A stretch of DNA of 36,706 nt from a virus (taxonomy: Duplodnaviria; Heunggongvirae; Uroviricota; Caudoviricetes): IMG/VR virus record IMGVR_UViG_2529293140_000002. One strand, written 5' to 3'. This document shows, piece by piece, positions 26,564 through 36,041 of the stretch (position 1 is its first letter; each line of letters starts with the position of its first letter). Below the pieces are notes generated by a model that saw only the letters and a program-made list of their open reading frames with translations, did not search any database and was not told the origin of the DNA. A program made the position numbers and the translations under genes.

Positions 26564-26611
26564 ATCAGCTTTATTTTGATTATCCCTGAAAGCAGACAAA
26601 TACCGTCATTT

Positions 26612-26629
26612 TGTGTGAATAACGGTACA
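26612..26629. promoter_or_regulatory. Ogr-type late-activator site TGT-N12-ACA (tail sheath operon late promoter)
   Basis: TGTGTGAATAACGGTACA about 80 bp upstream of the sheath start; shares TGTGTG...CGGTACA with the site at 15359-15376. Confidence 0.55.
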
Positions 26630-26705
26630 ACTGCGCTTAGCTGTTTGTCAGGCACAATCACTTCAATATAGGGCGAAGCCTAATCCAATCAGGAGGTTCG
26701 CCACT

Positions 26706-27044
26706 ATGGCTCAGGATTACCACCACGGAGTGCGCGTTGTTGAAGTCAACGAAGGCACCCGATCCATTACCACGGTGAGCACCGCCATCGTGGGTATGGT
26801 CTGCACGGGCGATGATGCCGATGCAAAAATGTTTCCTCTTAATAAACCCGTGCTGATCACTGATGTGCTGACTGCCAGCGGTAAAGCGGGCGAGTCCGGT
26901 ACGCTGGCCCGTTCGCTGGATGCCATCGCTGACCAGGCAAAACCCGTGACCGTTGTTGTGCGTGTGCCGCAGGGTGAAACGGAAGAAGAAACCACGACCA
27001 ATATCATCGGCGCAGTGACTGCTGAAGGTAAAAAACAGGCATGA
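26706..27044 (+). CDS. FI: Tail sheath protein FI, N-terminal fragment (gene interrupted by frameshift)
   Basis: 112-aa ORF starting [19 protein letters not shown], the conserved sheath N-terminus; terminates at TGA 27042-27044 just after an A6 run (27030-27035). Confidence 0.75.
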   Translation: MAQDYHHGVRVVEVNEGTRSITTVSTAIVGMVCTGDDADAKMFPLNKPVLITDVLTASGKAGESGTLARSLDAIADQAKPVTVVVRVPQGETEEETTTNIIGAVTAEGKKQA

Positions 27045-27877
27045 AAACCCTGTTATCTGCCCAGTCACAGCTCGGCGTTAAACCGCGCATTCTCGGCGTG
27101 CCAGGTCACGATAACAAAGCCGTTGCTACTGAGTTGCTGAGCGTGGCGCAAAGCCTGCGTGGGTTTGCTTACCTGTCAGCGTATGGCTGCAAGACGATAC
27201 AGGAGGCGATCACTTACCGCGAAAACTTCAGCCAGCGCGAAGGGATGCTGATCTGGCCTGACTTTACTGGCTGGGACACGGTGCTGAATGCCGAAGCAAC
27301 GGCATATGCCACCGCCCGTGCGCTTGGTCTGCGCGCCAAAATTGATGAGCAGACTGGATGGCACAAAAGCCTGTCCAACGTGGGCGTGAACGGTGTCACC
27401 GGAATTTCTGCTGATGTGTTCTGGGATCTGCAGGACCCGGCAACCGATGCAGGTCTGCTGAACCAGAACGACGTCACCACGCTTGTGCGTAAAGACGGTT
27501 TCCGCTTCTGGGGTTCCCGCTGCCTGAGTGATGACCCGCTCTTTGCCTTCGAAAACTACACCCGCACGGCGCAGGTGCTGATGGACACGATGGCAGAAGC
27601 ACACATGTGGGCGGTGGATAAACCGCTTAACCCGTCGCTGGCCCGCGACATTATCGAAGGTATCCGCGCCAAAATGCGCAGCCTGGTCAGTCAGGGCTAT
27701 CTCATTGGTGGTGATTGCTGGCTGGATGAGTCGGTGAACGACAAAGACACGCTGAAAGCCGGAAAACTCACCATCGACTATGACTACACGCCAGTGCCGC
27801 CACTTGAAAATCTGATGCTGCGCCAGCGCATCACCGATCAGTACCTGGTGAATTTCGCCAGCCAGGTCAGCGCGTAA
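27041..27877 (+). CDS. FI: Tail sheath protein FI, C-terminal fragment (continues in -1 frame)
   Basis: 278-aa ORF in the -1 frame relative to the N-terminal fragment; contains conserved sheath blocks ([47 protein letters not shown]); the two fragments total about 390 aa, the size of an intact P2-type sheath. Confidence 0.75.
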   Translation: MKTLLSAQSQLGVKPRILGVPGHDNKAVATELLSVAQSLRGFAYLSAYGCKTIQEAITYRENFSQREGMLIWPDFTGWDTVLNAEATAYATARALGLRAKIDEQTGWHKSLSNVGVNGVTGISADVFWDLQDPATDAGLLNQNDVTTLVRKDGFRFWGSRCLSDDPLFAFENYTRTAQVLMDTMAEAHMWAVDKPLNPSLARDIIEGIRAKMRSLVSQGYLIGGDCWLDESVNDKDTLKAGKLTIDYDYTPVPPLENLMLRQRITDQYLVNFASQVSA

Positions 27878-27886
27878 GGGGACAAC

Positions 27887-28402
27887 ATGGCTTTACCACG
27901 CAAATTAAAACATCTGAACCTGTTTAACGACGGGAACAACTGGCAGGGGATCGTTGAGTCGCTGACGCTGCCGAAATTCACCCGCAAATATGAGAAGTAT
28001 CGCGGCGGCGGAATGCCGGGTGCAGTGGATGTGGATCTGGGACTGGATGACAGTGCACTGGATACAGAATTTTCCATTGGTGGTACTGAACTGCTGCTGT
28101 TTAAGCAGATGGGCAAATCCACGGTGGATGGCATCCAGCTGCGCTTTACCGGCTCTATTCAGCGTGACGATACCGGGGAAGTGCAGGCCGTGGAGCTTGT
28201 CGTGCGTGGACGTCACAAAGAAGTGGATTCCGGCGAGTGGAAGACGGGCGAAAGCAACACCACCAAAGTGACCAGTACCAACAGCTACGCGAAGCTGACC
28301 ATCAATGGTGAGGTGCTCTATGAAGTGGACCTTATCAACATGGTGGAAATTGTGGACGGTGTGGACCTGATGGAAGTGCACCGCAACGCCCTCGGCCTCT
28401 GA
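27887..28402 (+). CDS. FII: Tail tube protein FII (P2 gpFII-like)
   Basis: 171-aa ORF immediately after the sheath gene with AAGGGGA upstream; size matches P2 FII. Confidence 0.85.
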   Translation: MALPRKLKHLNLFNDGNNWQGIVESLTLPKFTRKYEKYRGGGMPGAVDVDLGLDDSALDTEFSIGGTELLLFKQMGKSTVDGIQLRFTGSIQRDDTGEVQAVELVVRGRHKEVDSGEWKTGESNTTKVTSTNSYAKLTINGEVLYEVDLINMVEIVDGVDLMEVHRNALGL

Positions 28403-28456
28403 TATATCTGAACGGCGCGGGATACCGCGCCAGAACCCAATTGACAGGACAGCAAA

Positions 28457-28759
28457 ATGAGCGATAAGCAGACTGAAAAGACCATTCAACTGGATACCCC
28501 CATCAAGCGCGGTAAAACAGAAATCACCGAAATTGTGCTGCGTAAACCGCAGTCCGGTGCGCTGCGCGGTACACGCCTGCAGGCCATTATGGATATGGAT
28601 GTAAACGCGATGATGACCGTGATCCCCCGCATCTCCAGTCCGGCACTGACTGCACAGGAAATTGCAGAGATGGACCCGGCAGATCTCACTGCCATGTCGG
28701 TTGAGGTTGTCACTTTTTTGTTGAAGAAGTCGGTGCTTGCCGGTTTACCGACAGCCTGA
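28457..28759 (+). CDS. E: Tail assembly chaperone E (P2 gpE-like)
   Basis: 100-aa ORF between the tube and tape-measure genes; contains the slippery T6G run near its 3' end. Confidence 0.8.
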   Translation: MSDKQTEKTIQLDTPIKRGKTEITEIVLRKPQSGALRGTRLQAIMDMDVNAMMTVIPRISSPALTAQEIAEMDPADLTAMSVEVVTFLLKKSVLAGLPTA

Positions 28760-28893
28760 CGGTTGACGATCTGGTGGCAGATATCGCCACCATTTTTCAC
28801 TGGCCGCCATCCGTTACTGACGTTATGCCGCTGACCGAAGTGCTGGAATGGCGGTATAAAGCGATTCAGAGAAGCAGGGCCAACGATGAGTGA
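28457..28893 (+). CDS. E': Tail assembly chaperone E+E', predicted programmed -1 frameshift product
   Basis: Heptamer T_TTT_TTG at 28714-28720 in the E frame; the -1 frame stays open from the slip site to TGA 28891-28893, overlapping the tape-measure start at 28886; same arrangement as P2 E/E'. Confidence 0.6.
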
Positions 28894-31800
28894 TAACAAC
28901 CTGCGTCTGCAGGTCATTCTTAATGCGGTTGACAAGCTCACCCGCCCATTTCGATCTGCGCAGGCCAGTTCAAGAGAACTGGCTGCTGCTGTCAAAAAAT
29001 CCCGCGATGCAATAAAGCAGCTTGATCAGGCCGGGAGCAGTCTGGACAGCTTCCGAAAGCTGCAGGCAGAAAATCAGAAATTAGGCGACAGGCTGAACTA
29101 TGCCCGCCAGCGTGCAAATTTGCTCAGTCAGGAACTGGGAGCGATGGGGCCGCCTTCGCAACGTCAGGTTGTTGCTCTGGGCCGTCAACGGCTGGCTGTT
29201 CAGCGCCTGGAAGAACGCCAGAAAAAGCTGCAGCAGCAGACGGCGCTTGTGCGTGCTGAACTGTACCGGGCGGGAATTTCTGCGAAAGACGATGCGGGAG
29301 CAACTGCCCGTTTAGCCCGTGAAACATCACGTTATAACCAGGAACTTTCGAAACAGGAGGCGCGGCTGAAGCGACTGGGGGAAGCTCAGCGCAGGATGAA
29401 TGCAGCGCGTGCCAGTTATGCCCGTTCGCTGGAGGTGCGTGATCGTATTGCAGGTGCCGGAGCCACCACCACGGCTGCAGGGCTGGCAATGGGTGCGCCA
29501 GTGATGGCGGCAGTAAAAAGCTATACCAGCATGGAAGATGCCATGAAAGGTGTGGCAAAGCAGGTCAATGGTCTGCGTGACGATAATGGCAACCGCACTG
29601 CACGTTTTTATGAAATGCAGGATGCCATCAAGGCTGCCAGCGAACAGTTGCCGATGGAAAACGGTGCGGTGGACTTCGCTGCACTGGTTGAAGGTGGTGC
29701 GCGCATGAACGTCGCAAACCCTGACGACAGCTGGGAAGATCAGAAACGTGACCTGCTGGCCTTCGCCAGTACGGCAGCAAAGGCGGCAACAGCCTTTGAG
29801 CTGCCAGCGGATGAACTGTCAGAAAGTCTGGGGAAAATCGCCCAGCTCTACAAAATCCCCACCCGCAATATTGAACAGCTCGGTGATGCGCTGAACTATC
29901 TGGATGATAACGCCATGTCGAAAGGGGCAGACATCATTGATGTGATGCAACGTCTGGGCGGTGTGGCTGACCGTCTGGATTATCGTAAAGCGGCGGCGCT
30001 GGGTTCCACCTTCCTGACACTGGGCGCTGCGCCAGAGGTTGCAGCCAGTGCAGCAAACGCGATGGTGCGTGAATTGTCCATTGCCACCATGCAAAGCAAG
30101 AGTTTCTTTGAAGGGATGAATCTGCTGAAACTCAATCCTGAAGTGATTGAAAAGCAGATGACGAAGGATGCGATGGGAACCATCCAGCGCGTGCTGGAGA
30201 AGGTAAACGCGCTGCCGCAGGACAAGCGCCTGTCTGCCATGACTATGTTGTTTGGTAAAGAGTTTGGCGATGACGCGGCGAAACTGGCAAACAACCTGCC
30301 GGAACTGCAGCGTCAGTTAAAACTGACAGCGGGCAATGATGCGCTTGGCTCCATGCAGAAAGAATCCGACATTAACAAGGATTCACTTTCTGCGCAGTGG
30401 TTGCTGGTCAAAACCGGAGCGCAGAACACCTTCAGCAGCCTGGGCGAAACGCTGCGCCAGCCGCTGATGGATATTCTGTACACGGTGAAAAGCATCACGG
30501 GAGCGTTGCGCCGCTGGGTGGAAGCTAACCCGGAACTGACAGGCACACTGATGAAAGTATCGGCTGTTGTGGCTGCGGTTACCGTCGGCCTCGGCACCTT
30601 AGCGGTGGCGCTGGCTGCAGTGCTGGGGCCGCTGGCAGTGATCCGTCTGGGATTCTCTGTGTTGGGTATCAAAACGTTATCTTCCGTTACGGCAGCAGTA
30701 ACTCGAACCAGCAGCGCGTTGTCCTGGCTGGCTGGCGCACCACTGGCACTGCTGCGACGCGGGCTTGCTTCATCGGGCAACGCCGCAGGTTTACTTACTG
30801 CGCCGTTGTCGTCTTTGCGCCGCACGGCATCACTGACGGGAAATGTCCTGAAAACTGTAGCAGGTGCGCCGGTTGCACTTTTGCGGTCTGGATTATCCGG
30901 TTTACGTGCTGTTGCTGTGATGTTTATGAATCCTCTGGCGGTACTGCGCGGTGGACTGGCCGCCGCAGGCACGGTGCTGCGAGTACTGGCATCTGGTCCA
31001 CTGGCGATGCTGCGCGTTGCCCTGTATGCCATATCTGGTCTGTTAGGTGCTCTGCTCAGTCCGATAGGTCTTGTGGTTACTGCACTGGCGGGCGTGGCGC
31101 TGGTTGTCTGGAAATACTGGCAACCCATCACCGCATTTCTCGGTGGCGTGGTGGAAGGATTCAAAGCGGCGGCAGGTCCCATCAGTGCAGCGTTCGAACC
31201 GCTTAAGCCCGTGTTCCAGTGGATTAGCGACAAAGTGCAGGCGCTGTGGGGCTGGTTTACTGATCTGCTGACGCCCGTTAAGTCGACCTCTGCCGAACTG
31301 CAGAGCGCAGCGGCAATGGGGCGGCGATTCGGGGAGGCACTGGCGGAAGGGCTGAATATGGTCATGCATCCGCTGGACTCCCTGAAATCCGGCGTTTCCT
31401 GGTTGCTGGAGAAGCTCGGCATTGTCAGTAAAGAGGCCGCAAAGGCAAAACTGCCGGAAAGCGTGACGCGTCAGCAACCTGCGACGGTGAATGCAGACGG
31501 TAAAGTGATGATGCCATCGGGTGGTTTTCCATCATGGGGATATGGCTTTGCGGGGATGTATGACAGCGGCGGCTATATCCCGCGCGGGCAGTTTGGCATC
31601 GTCGGTGAAAACGGGCCGGAAATTGTTAACGGCCCGGCAAATGTGACCAGCCGGAGAAATACAGCTGCACTGGCTGCCGTTGTTGCCGGAATGATGGGCG
31701 TTGCTGCCGCGCCTGCAGAGCTTCCACCGTTGCACCCTTTGGCACTTCCCGCGAAAGGCGGCGAAGCGATGGTGAGTCGTGCAGCCACTGTGCCGCCCGT

Positions 31801-31963
31801 TCAACGGATTGAGGCACCGATGCAGATCATCATTCAGACGCAGCCAGGACAAAGTGCGCAGGATATTGCGCGGGAGGTGGCCCGCCAGCTTGATGAACGT
31901 GAACGCAGGCTGAAGGCAAAAGCCAGGAGTAACTACAGCGATCAGGGGGGATACGACGCATGA
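28886..31963 (+). CDS. T: Tail tape measure protein (P2 gpT-like)
   Basis: 1025-aa ORF; coiled-coil N-terminal half, hydrophobic repeat block (PLALLRRGL-type repeats) and glycine-rich C-terminal region; conserved position after E/E'. Confidence 0.85.
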   Translation: MSDNNLRLQVILNAVDKLTRPFRSAQASSRELAAAVKKSRDAIKQLDQAGSSLDSFRKLQAENQKLGDRLNYARQRANLLSQELGAMGPPSQRQVVALGRQRLAVQRLEERQKKLQQQTALVRAELYRAGISAKDDAGATARLARETSRYNQELSKQEARLKRLGEAQRRMNAARASYARSLEVRDRIAGAGATTTAAGLAMGAPVMAAVKSYTSMEDAMKGVAKQVNGLRDDNGNRTARFYEMQDAIKAASEQLPMENGAVDFAALVEGGARMNVANPDDSWEDQKRDLLAFASTAAKAATAFELPADELSESLGKIAQLYKIPTRNIEQLGDALNYLDDNAMSKGADIIDVMQRLGGVADRLDYRKAAALGSTFLTLGAAPEVAASAANAMVRELSIATMQSKSFFEGMNLLKLNPEVIEKQMTKDAMGTIQRVLEKVNALPQDKRLSAMTMLFGKEFGDDAAKLANNLPELQRQLKLTAGNDALGSMQKESDINKDSLSAQWLLVKTGAQNTFSSLGETLRQPLMDILYTVKSITGALRRWVEANPELTGTLMKVSAVVAAVTVGLGTLAVALAAVLGPLAVIRLGFSVLGIKTLSSVTAAVTRTSSALSWLAGAPLALLRRGLASSGNAAGLLTAPLSSLRRTASLTGNVLKTVAGAPVALLRSGLSGLRAVAVMFMNPLAVLRGGLAAAGTVLRVLASGPLAMLRVALYAISGLLGALLSPIGLVVTALAGVALVVWKYWQPITAFLGGVVEGFKAAAGPISAAFEPLKPVFQWISDKVQALWGWFTDLLTPVKSTSAELQSAAAMGRRFGEALAEGLNMVMHPLDSLKSGVSWLLEKLGIVSKEAAKAKLPESVTRQQPATVNADGKVMMPSGGFPSWGYGFAGMYDSGGYIPRGQFGIVGENGPEIVNGPANVTSRRNTAALAAVVAGMMGVAAAPAELPPLHPLALPAKGGEAMVSRAATVPPVQRIEAPMQIIIQTQPGQSAQDIAREVARQLDERERRLKAKARSNYSDQGGYDA

Positions 31964-32445
31964 TGATGGTGCTGGGATTGTACGTGTTTATGCTGCGCAC
32001 CGTGCCGTATCAGGAGCTGCAGTATCAACGCAGCTGGCGACATGCGGCAAACAGCCGGGTAAACCGACGTCCGTCCACGCAGTTTCTGGGACCGGACAAC
32101 GACATGCTGACGCTTTCCGGTGTTCTTATGCCGGAGATAACAGGTGGCAGGCTGTCGTTGCTGGCACTGGAGCAGATGGCAGAACAGGGGAAAGCATGGC
32201 CCCTGATTGAAGGCAGCGGCACGATTTATGGCATGTATGTGATTGAGGGACTGAATCAGACTAAAACGGAGTTTTTCCGCGACGGTATGCCGCGCCGGAT
32301 TGAGTTCACCCTGTCGCTCAAAAGGGTGGATGAATCATTGTCCGATATGTTCGGTGATCTCAGTGCGCAACTGAATAATCTGCAGGACACGGCAACGTCT
32401 GCCTTAAGCGATATCAGTAAAACGGTGGGAGGGCTGCTGTCGTGA
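31960..32445 (+). CDS. U: Tail protein U (P2 gpU-like)
   Basis: 161-aa ORF with ATGA overlap to T; size matches P2 U. Confidence 0.85.
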   Translation: MMMVLGLYVFMLRTVPYQELQYQRSWRHAANSRVNRRPSTQFLGPDNDMLTLSGVLMPEITGGRLSLLALEQMAEQGKAWPLIEGSGTIYGMYVIEGLNQTKTEFFRDGMPRRIEFTLSLKRVDESLSDMFGDLSAQLNNLQDTATSALSDISKTVGGLLS

Positions 32446-33542
32446 ATTTCAGCTCTGAACTGCTTAACAAAGGCAACAAAACTCCCGCATTCAGCATCAG
32501 TATTGAGGGCAGGGATATCACCACTGTGCTGGATAACCGCCTGATGAGTCTGACGCTGACGGACAATCGGGGCTTTGAAGCGGACCAGCTTGATCTGGAG
32601 CTGGACGACGCCGATGGAAAAATAGCGCTGCCGCGCCGTGGTGCGGTCGTTACGCTGGCGCTGGGCTGGAAGGGGCAGCCGCTTTTCCCGAAAGGGGCAT
32701 TCACGGTGGACGAGATTGAACACACTGGCGCACCGGACCGCCTGACTATCCGGGCGCGAAGTGCTGATTTTCGGGAAACGCTGAATACCCGCCGTGAAAA
32801 GTCGTGGCACAAGACCACTGTCGGGGAAGTGGTGAAGGAAATAGCTGTGCGGCACAAACTGAAGATGGCACTGGGTAAAGACCTGTCAGATAAACCCGTG
32901 GAACATATAGACCAGACCAATGAGAGTGACGGCAGTTTTCTGATGCGGCTGGCGCGCCAGTACGGTGCTATTGCGTCGGTGAAAAATGGCAATCTGTTAT
33001 TCATCCGGCAGGGACAGGGTAAAAGCGCCAGCGGTAAACCACTACCGGTGATCACTATCACACGTAAGGACGGCGACAGTCACCGCTTTACCCTGGCAGA
33101 TCGCGGAGCCTATACGGGCGTAATTGCCAGTTGGTTGCATACCCGCGAACCCGCGAAGAAAGAAAGCACCACGGTGAAGCGTAAGCGCAGGACTAAGAAG
33201 CAGAAGAAAGAGCCGGAAGCGAAGCAGGGCGATTACCTGGTGGGTACGGATGAAAACGTGCTGGTACTTAATCGCACCTATGCCAACCGGAGCAACGCCG
33301 AACGGGCGGCAAAAATGCAGTGGGAACGCCTGCAACGCGGCGTTGCGTCATTCTCGCTACAACTGGCGGAAGGGCGGGCAGATCTCTACACGGAAATGCC
33401 AGTGAAAGTCAGTGGCTTTAAACAGCTGATAGATGATGCGGAATGGACCATTACGACTCTGACACATACCGTCAGCCCGGATAACGGTTTTACGACCAGT
33501 CTGGAGCTTGAAGTGAGGATTGATGATTTCGAAATGGAATGA
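32442..33542 (+). CDS. D: Tail protein D (P2 gpD-like)
   Basis: 366-aa ORF overlapping the U stop; last gene of the late tail operon. Confidence 0.85.
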   Translation: MNFSSELLNKGNKTPAFSISIEGRDITTVLDNRLMSLTLTDNRGFEADQLDLELDDADGKIALPRRGAVVTLALGWKGQPLFPKGAFTVDEIEHTGAPDRLTIRARSADFRETLNTRREKSWHKTTVGEVVKEIAVRHKLKMALGKDLSDKPVEHIDQTNESDGSFLMRLARQYGAIASVKNGNLLFIRQGQGKSASGKPLPVITITRKDGDSHRFTLADRGAYTGVIASWLHTREPAKKESTTVKRKRRTKKQKKEPEAKQGDYLVGTDENVLVLNRTYANRSNAERAAKMQWERLQRGVASFSLQLAEGRADLYTEMPVKVSGFKQLIDDAEWTITTLTHTVSPDNGFTTSLELEVRIDDFEME

Positions 33543-33632
33543 TTCTTCGCAATGGAGAACTTTTAAGTTTGCAAAATGGAATAATGCGGTATCATTATTG
33601 TGAATTTAGCAAAAATGGGGAGAACTCGAAAA

Positions 33633-33851
33633 ATGATGATTTGCCCACTGTGTGGAAGTGCCGCCCATACTCGCAGCAGTTTTCAGGTATCTTCATTGAC
33701 CAAAGAGCGTTACAACCAGTGCCAGAACATTAACTGCAGCCATACTTTTGTTACCCATGAAACTTTTGTTCGTTCGATTGCAACGCCAAAAGAGTCAAAT
33801 CCGGTTCAGCCGCATCCAATGAAATCAGGACAGGTAGCGCTCTCTCTTTGA
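33633..33851 (+). CDS. ogr: Ogr/Delta-family zinc-finger late transcription activator
   Basis: ORF 33600-33851; ATG at 33633 gives 72 aa with CPLCGSAAH...CQNINCSHTF, the Ogr zinc-finger pattern (P2 Ogr is 72 aa: CPLCQHAAH...CQNVNCSATF); terminal gene before the right att core. Confidence 0.8.
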   Translation: MMICPLCGSAAHTRSSFQVSSLTKERYNQCQNINCSHTFVTHETFVRSIATPKESNPVQPHPMKSGQVALSL

Positions 33852-33873
33852 CGCTGCCGCCATTTTGTCGCCA
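33852..33873. repeat. att core, right copy (CGCTGCCGCCATTTTGTCGCCA)
   Basis: Direct repeat of 19-40 with one mismatch, starting immediately after the ogr stop codon; sequence to its right is host-like and leads into ybjL. Confidence 0.6.
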
Positions 33874-33927
33874 TCGTTAAAAAACAGTGCTTCTAACATC
33901 ATGATCTTAAACAGCTTAAATTTCAGG

Positions 33928-33974
33928 CAACAAAAAACCCATCAACCTTGAACCGAAATGGCGGGGTTGATGGG
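33928..33974 (-). terminator. Candidate rho-independent terminator of ybjL
   Basis: 10-bp stem (CCCATCAACC / GGTTGATGGG, 33938-33947 and 33965-33974) followed on the minus strand by TTTTTTGTTG; lies about 115 bp downstream of the ybjL stop. Confidence 0.45.
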
Positions 33975-34086
33975 CTCCACAAAATGGGGACATCAAAGAA
34001 AAGCAGTGGCACTAATTAAGACTGATGCCCTGCGGAAAAGTTCTGCGGTTGTGCAAAAAAATTTCATTTTCAGGGCAACTTCAGTT

Positions 34087-35772
34087 TTATCCTAATCCTG
34101 GCCATACCATGACGATGATTGTCCCTGCCAGCGTCAGCAGGACGTTGGCGATTGCATAGGTGCCCGCATAGCCCAGCGCCGGGATGTTACTGCGAGCTGT
34201 ATCACTGATGATCTCCATTGCCGGCGCGCAGGTACGTGCGCCCATCATTGCGCCGAACAACAGCGCGCGGTTCATTCGCAATACATAAGCACCGAACAAG
34301 AAACAGATAACCACGGGCACCAGACTGACAATCAATCCGGCAATCAACATCTGACCGCCAATCGCGCCCAGGCCGTTATTAATACCGCTACCGGCGCTCA
34401 GACCAACGCCTGCCATAAACACCATCAAGCCGAACTCTTTCACCATGCTTAATGCACCCTGCGGAATGTAACCGAAGGTCGGGTGGTTAGCACGCATAAA
34501 GCCCAGCATAATTCCGGCGAATAACAACCCGGCAGCGTTCCCCATGCCGAAACTGAATGTGCTGAACTGGAAGGTGATCATCCCGATCATCAGCCCAATA
34601 ACAAAGAAGGCGCAGAATGCCAGCAGGTCAGTGACCTGGCTGTGAATCGAGATAAAGCCGATGCGATCGGCGATGGTTTTTACGCGGCGGGCATCGCCGC
34701 TGACTTGTAAAACGTCACCTTTGTTAAGCACGACGTTGTCATCTATCGGCATCTCAATCTGGCTACGAATGACGCGGTTAAGGAAGCAACCGTGATCGGT
34801 CAACTTCAGTTGTGCGAGACGTTTACCTACAGCGTTATGGTTTTTAACGACCACTTCTTCAGTGACGATACGCATGTCGAGAAGGTCACGATCGAAAACT
34901 TCTTTACCGTTACGGAAGCTGGGATCGAGTCGGGCATGGGCGTCGGGATAGCCTACCAACGCTATTTCATCGCCCATTTGTAGCACGGCATCACCGTCTG
35001 GATTTGCCAGAATCCCGTTACGTCGAATACGTTCAATGTAGCAGCCGGTTTGTCGATAAATACCCAGTTCACGCAGATTTTTGCCGTCGGTCCAGGCCAC
35101 CAGTTCCGGGCCGACGCGATAGGCGCGGATCACCGGTAAATAAACCTTACGGTTGGCATCAGTGTCCAGGCCACGTTCGCGGGCGATTTGCTGGGCGCTG
35201 GTCTGTAAGTCCTGATGCTGCAATTTCGGCAAGTAACGCGCACCAACAATCAAACTCACCAGACCGATTAAATAGGTTAAGGCATACCCGAGGCTCAGAT
35301 TATCCAGTGCCAGTGAGAGCTGCCTGCTTTCCATGCCGGAATGACGCAGTGTATCGCCAGCACCGACCAGAACCGGTGTCGACGTCATAGAGCCTGCTAA
35401 CATACCGGCCGTCAGGCCAATATCCCAGCCAAACAGCTTACCTAACCCTAAGGCGATCACCAGCGCACTGCCAACCATCACCAGTGCTAACATTAGGTAA
35501 TTTTTCCCATCGCGAAAAAAAATGGAAAAAAAGTTCGGTCCGGCTTCGACCCCGACGCAGAAAATAAACAGCATAAAGCCAAGATTAAGCGCATCGGTGT
35601 TAATGCTGAAATGTTGTTGGCCTAATAACAGCGATACGACTAAAACGCCAATGGAATTACCCAGTTGGATCGAACCAAGTCGTAACTTTCCGAGACATAG
35701 CCCAAGCGCGAGGACCACAAATAATAACAGAATGTAATTCCCATTTAACAATTCGGCGACGTTTATATTCAC
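34087..35772 (-). CDS. ybjL: Putative transport protein YbjL (AAE-family membrane transporter with TrkA-C-like domains)
   Basis: 561-aa ORF whose sequence ([33 protein letters not shown]...) I recognise as E. coli YbjL; multi-pass membrane protein with central soluble domains. Confidence 0.85.
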
Positions 35773-36041
35773 GGAGGCTAACTTCTTGTTTACTAGTAAG
35801 CTGTTGAAAGAAATGGTAATTTACGATAATGTTTTTTACCAGAATTCAGGGCGCAGATTCATTCAGCGCACCTAAACGATAGTAAAGTAACAATATATTT
35901 TACTAGTGTAATCACATTAGGTATCAACGGCTATATGAATTGCGTTGGCCTATATTAGCATGGAATGCGAAGCGGCTTTATCTTACTGAACGCCACACTG
36001 GCGAAAAATGTGTTCGATAGACGCAGTGTCAGGAGGAACGA

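Noticed and set aside
27905-28489. 194-aa minus-strand ORF overlapping the tail tube gene FII
   Set aside because: Antisense to the tail tube gene, which has clear homology and Shine-Dalgarno support on the plus strand.
30313-31422. 369-aa minus-strand ORF inside the tape measure gene
   Set aside because: Antisense to the tape measure gene; low-complexity Ala/Ser/Pro-rich translation typical of a GC-rich antisense frame.
33539-33733. 64-aa ORF overlapping the ogr promoter and start
   Set aside because: Different frame from ogr and overlaps its 5' end; ogr has clear zinc-finger homology, this ORF has none.
33852-34086. tRNA or tmRNA gene as integration target at the right end
   Set aside because: No cloverleaf-compatible sequence or tRNA-like conserved boxes seen adjacent to the att core; the flank reads as intergenic sequence leading into ybjL.
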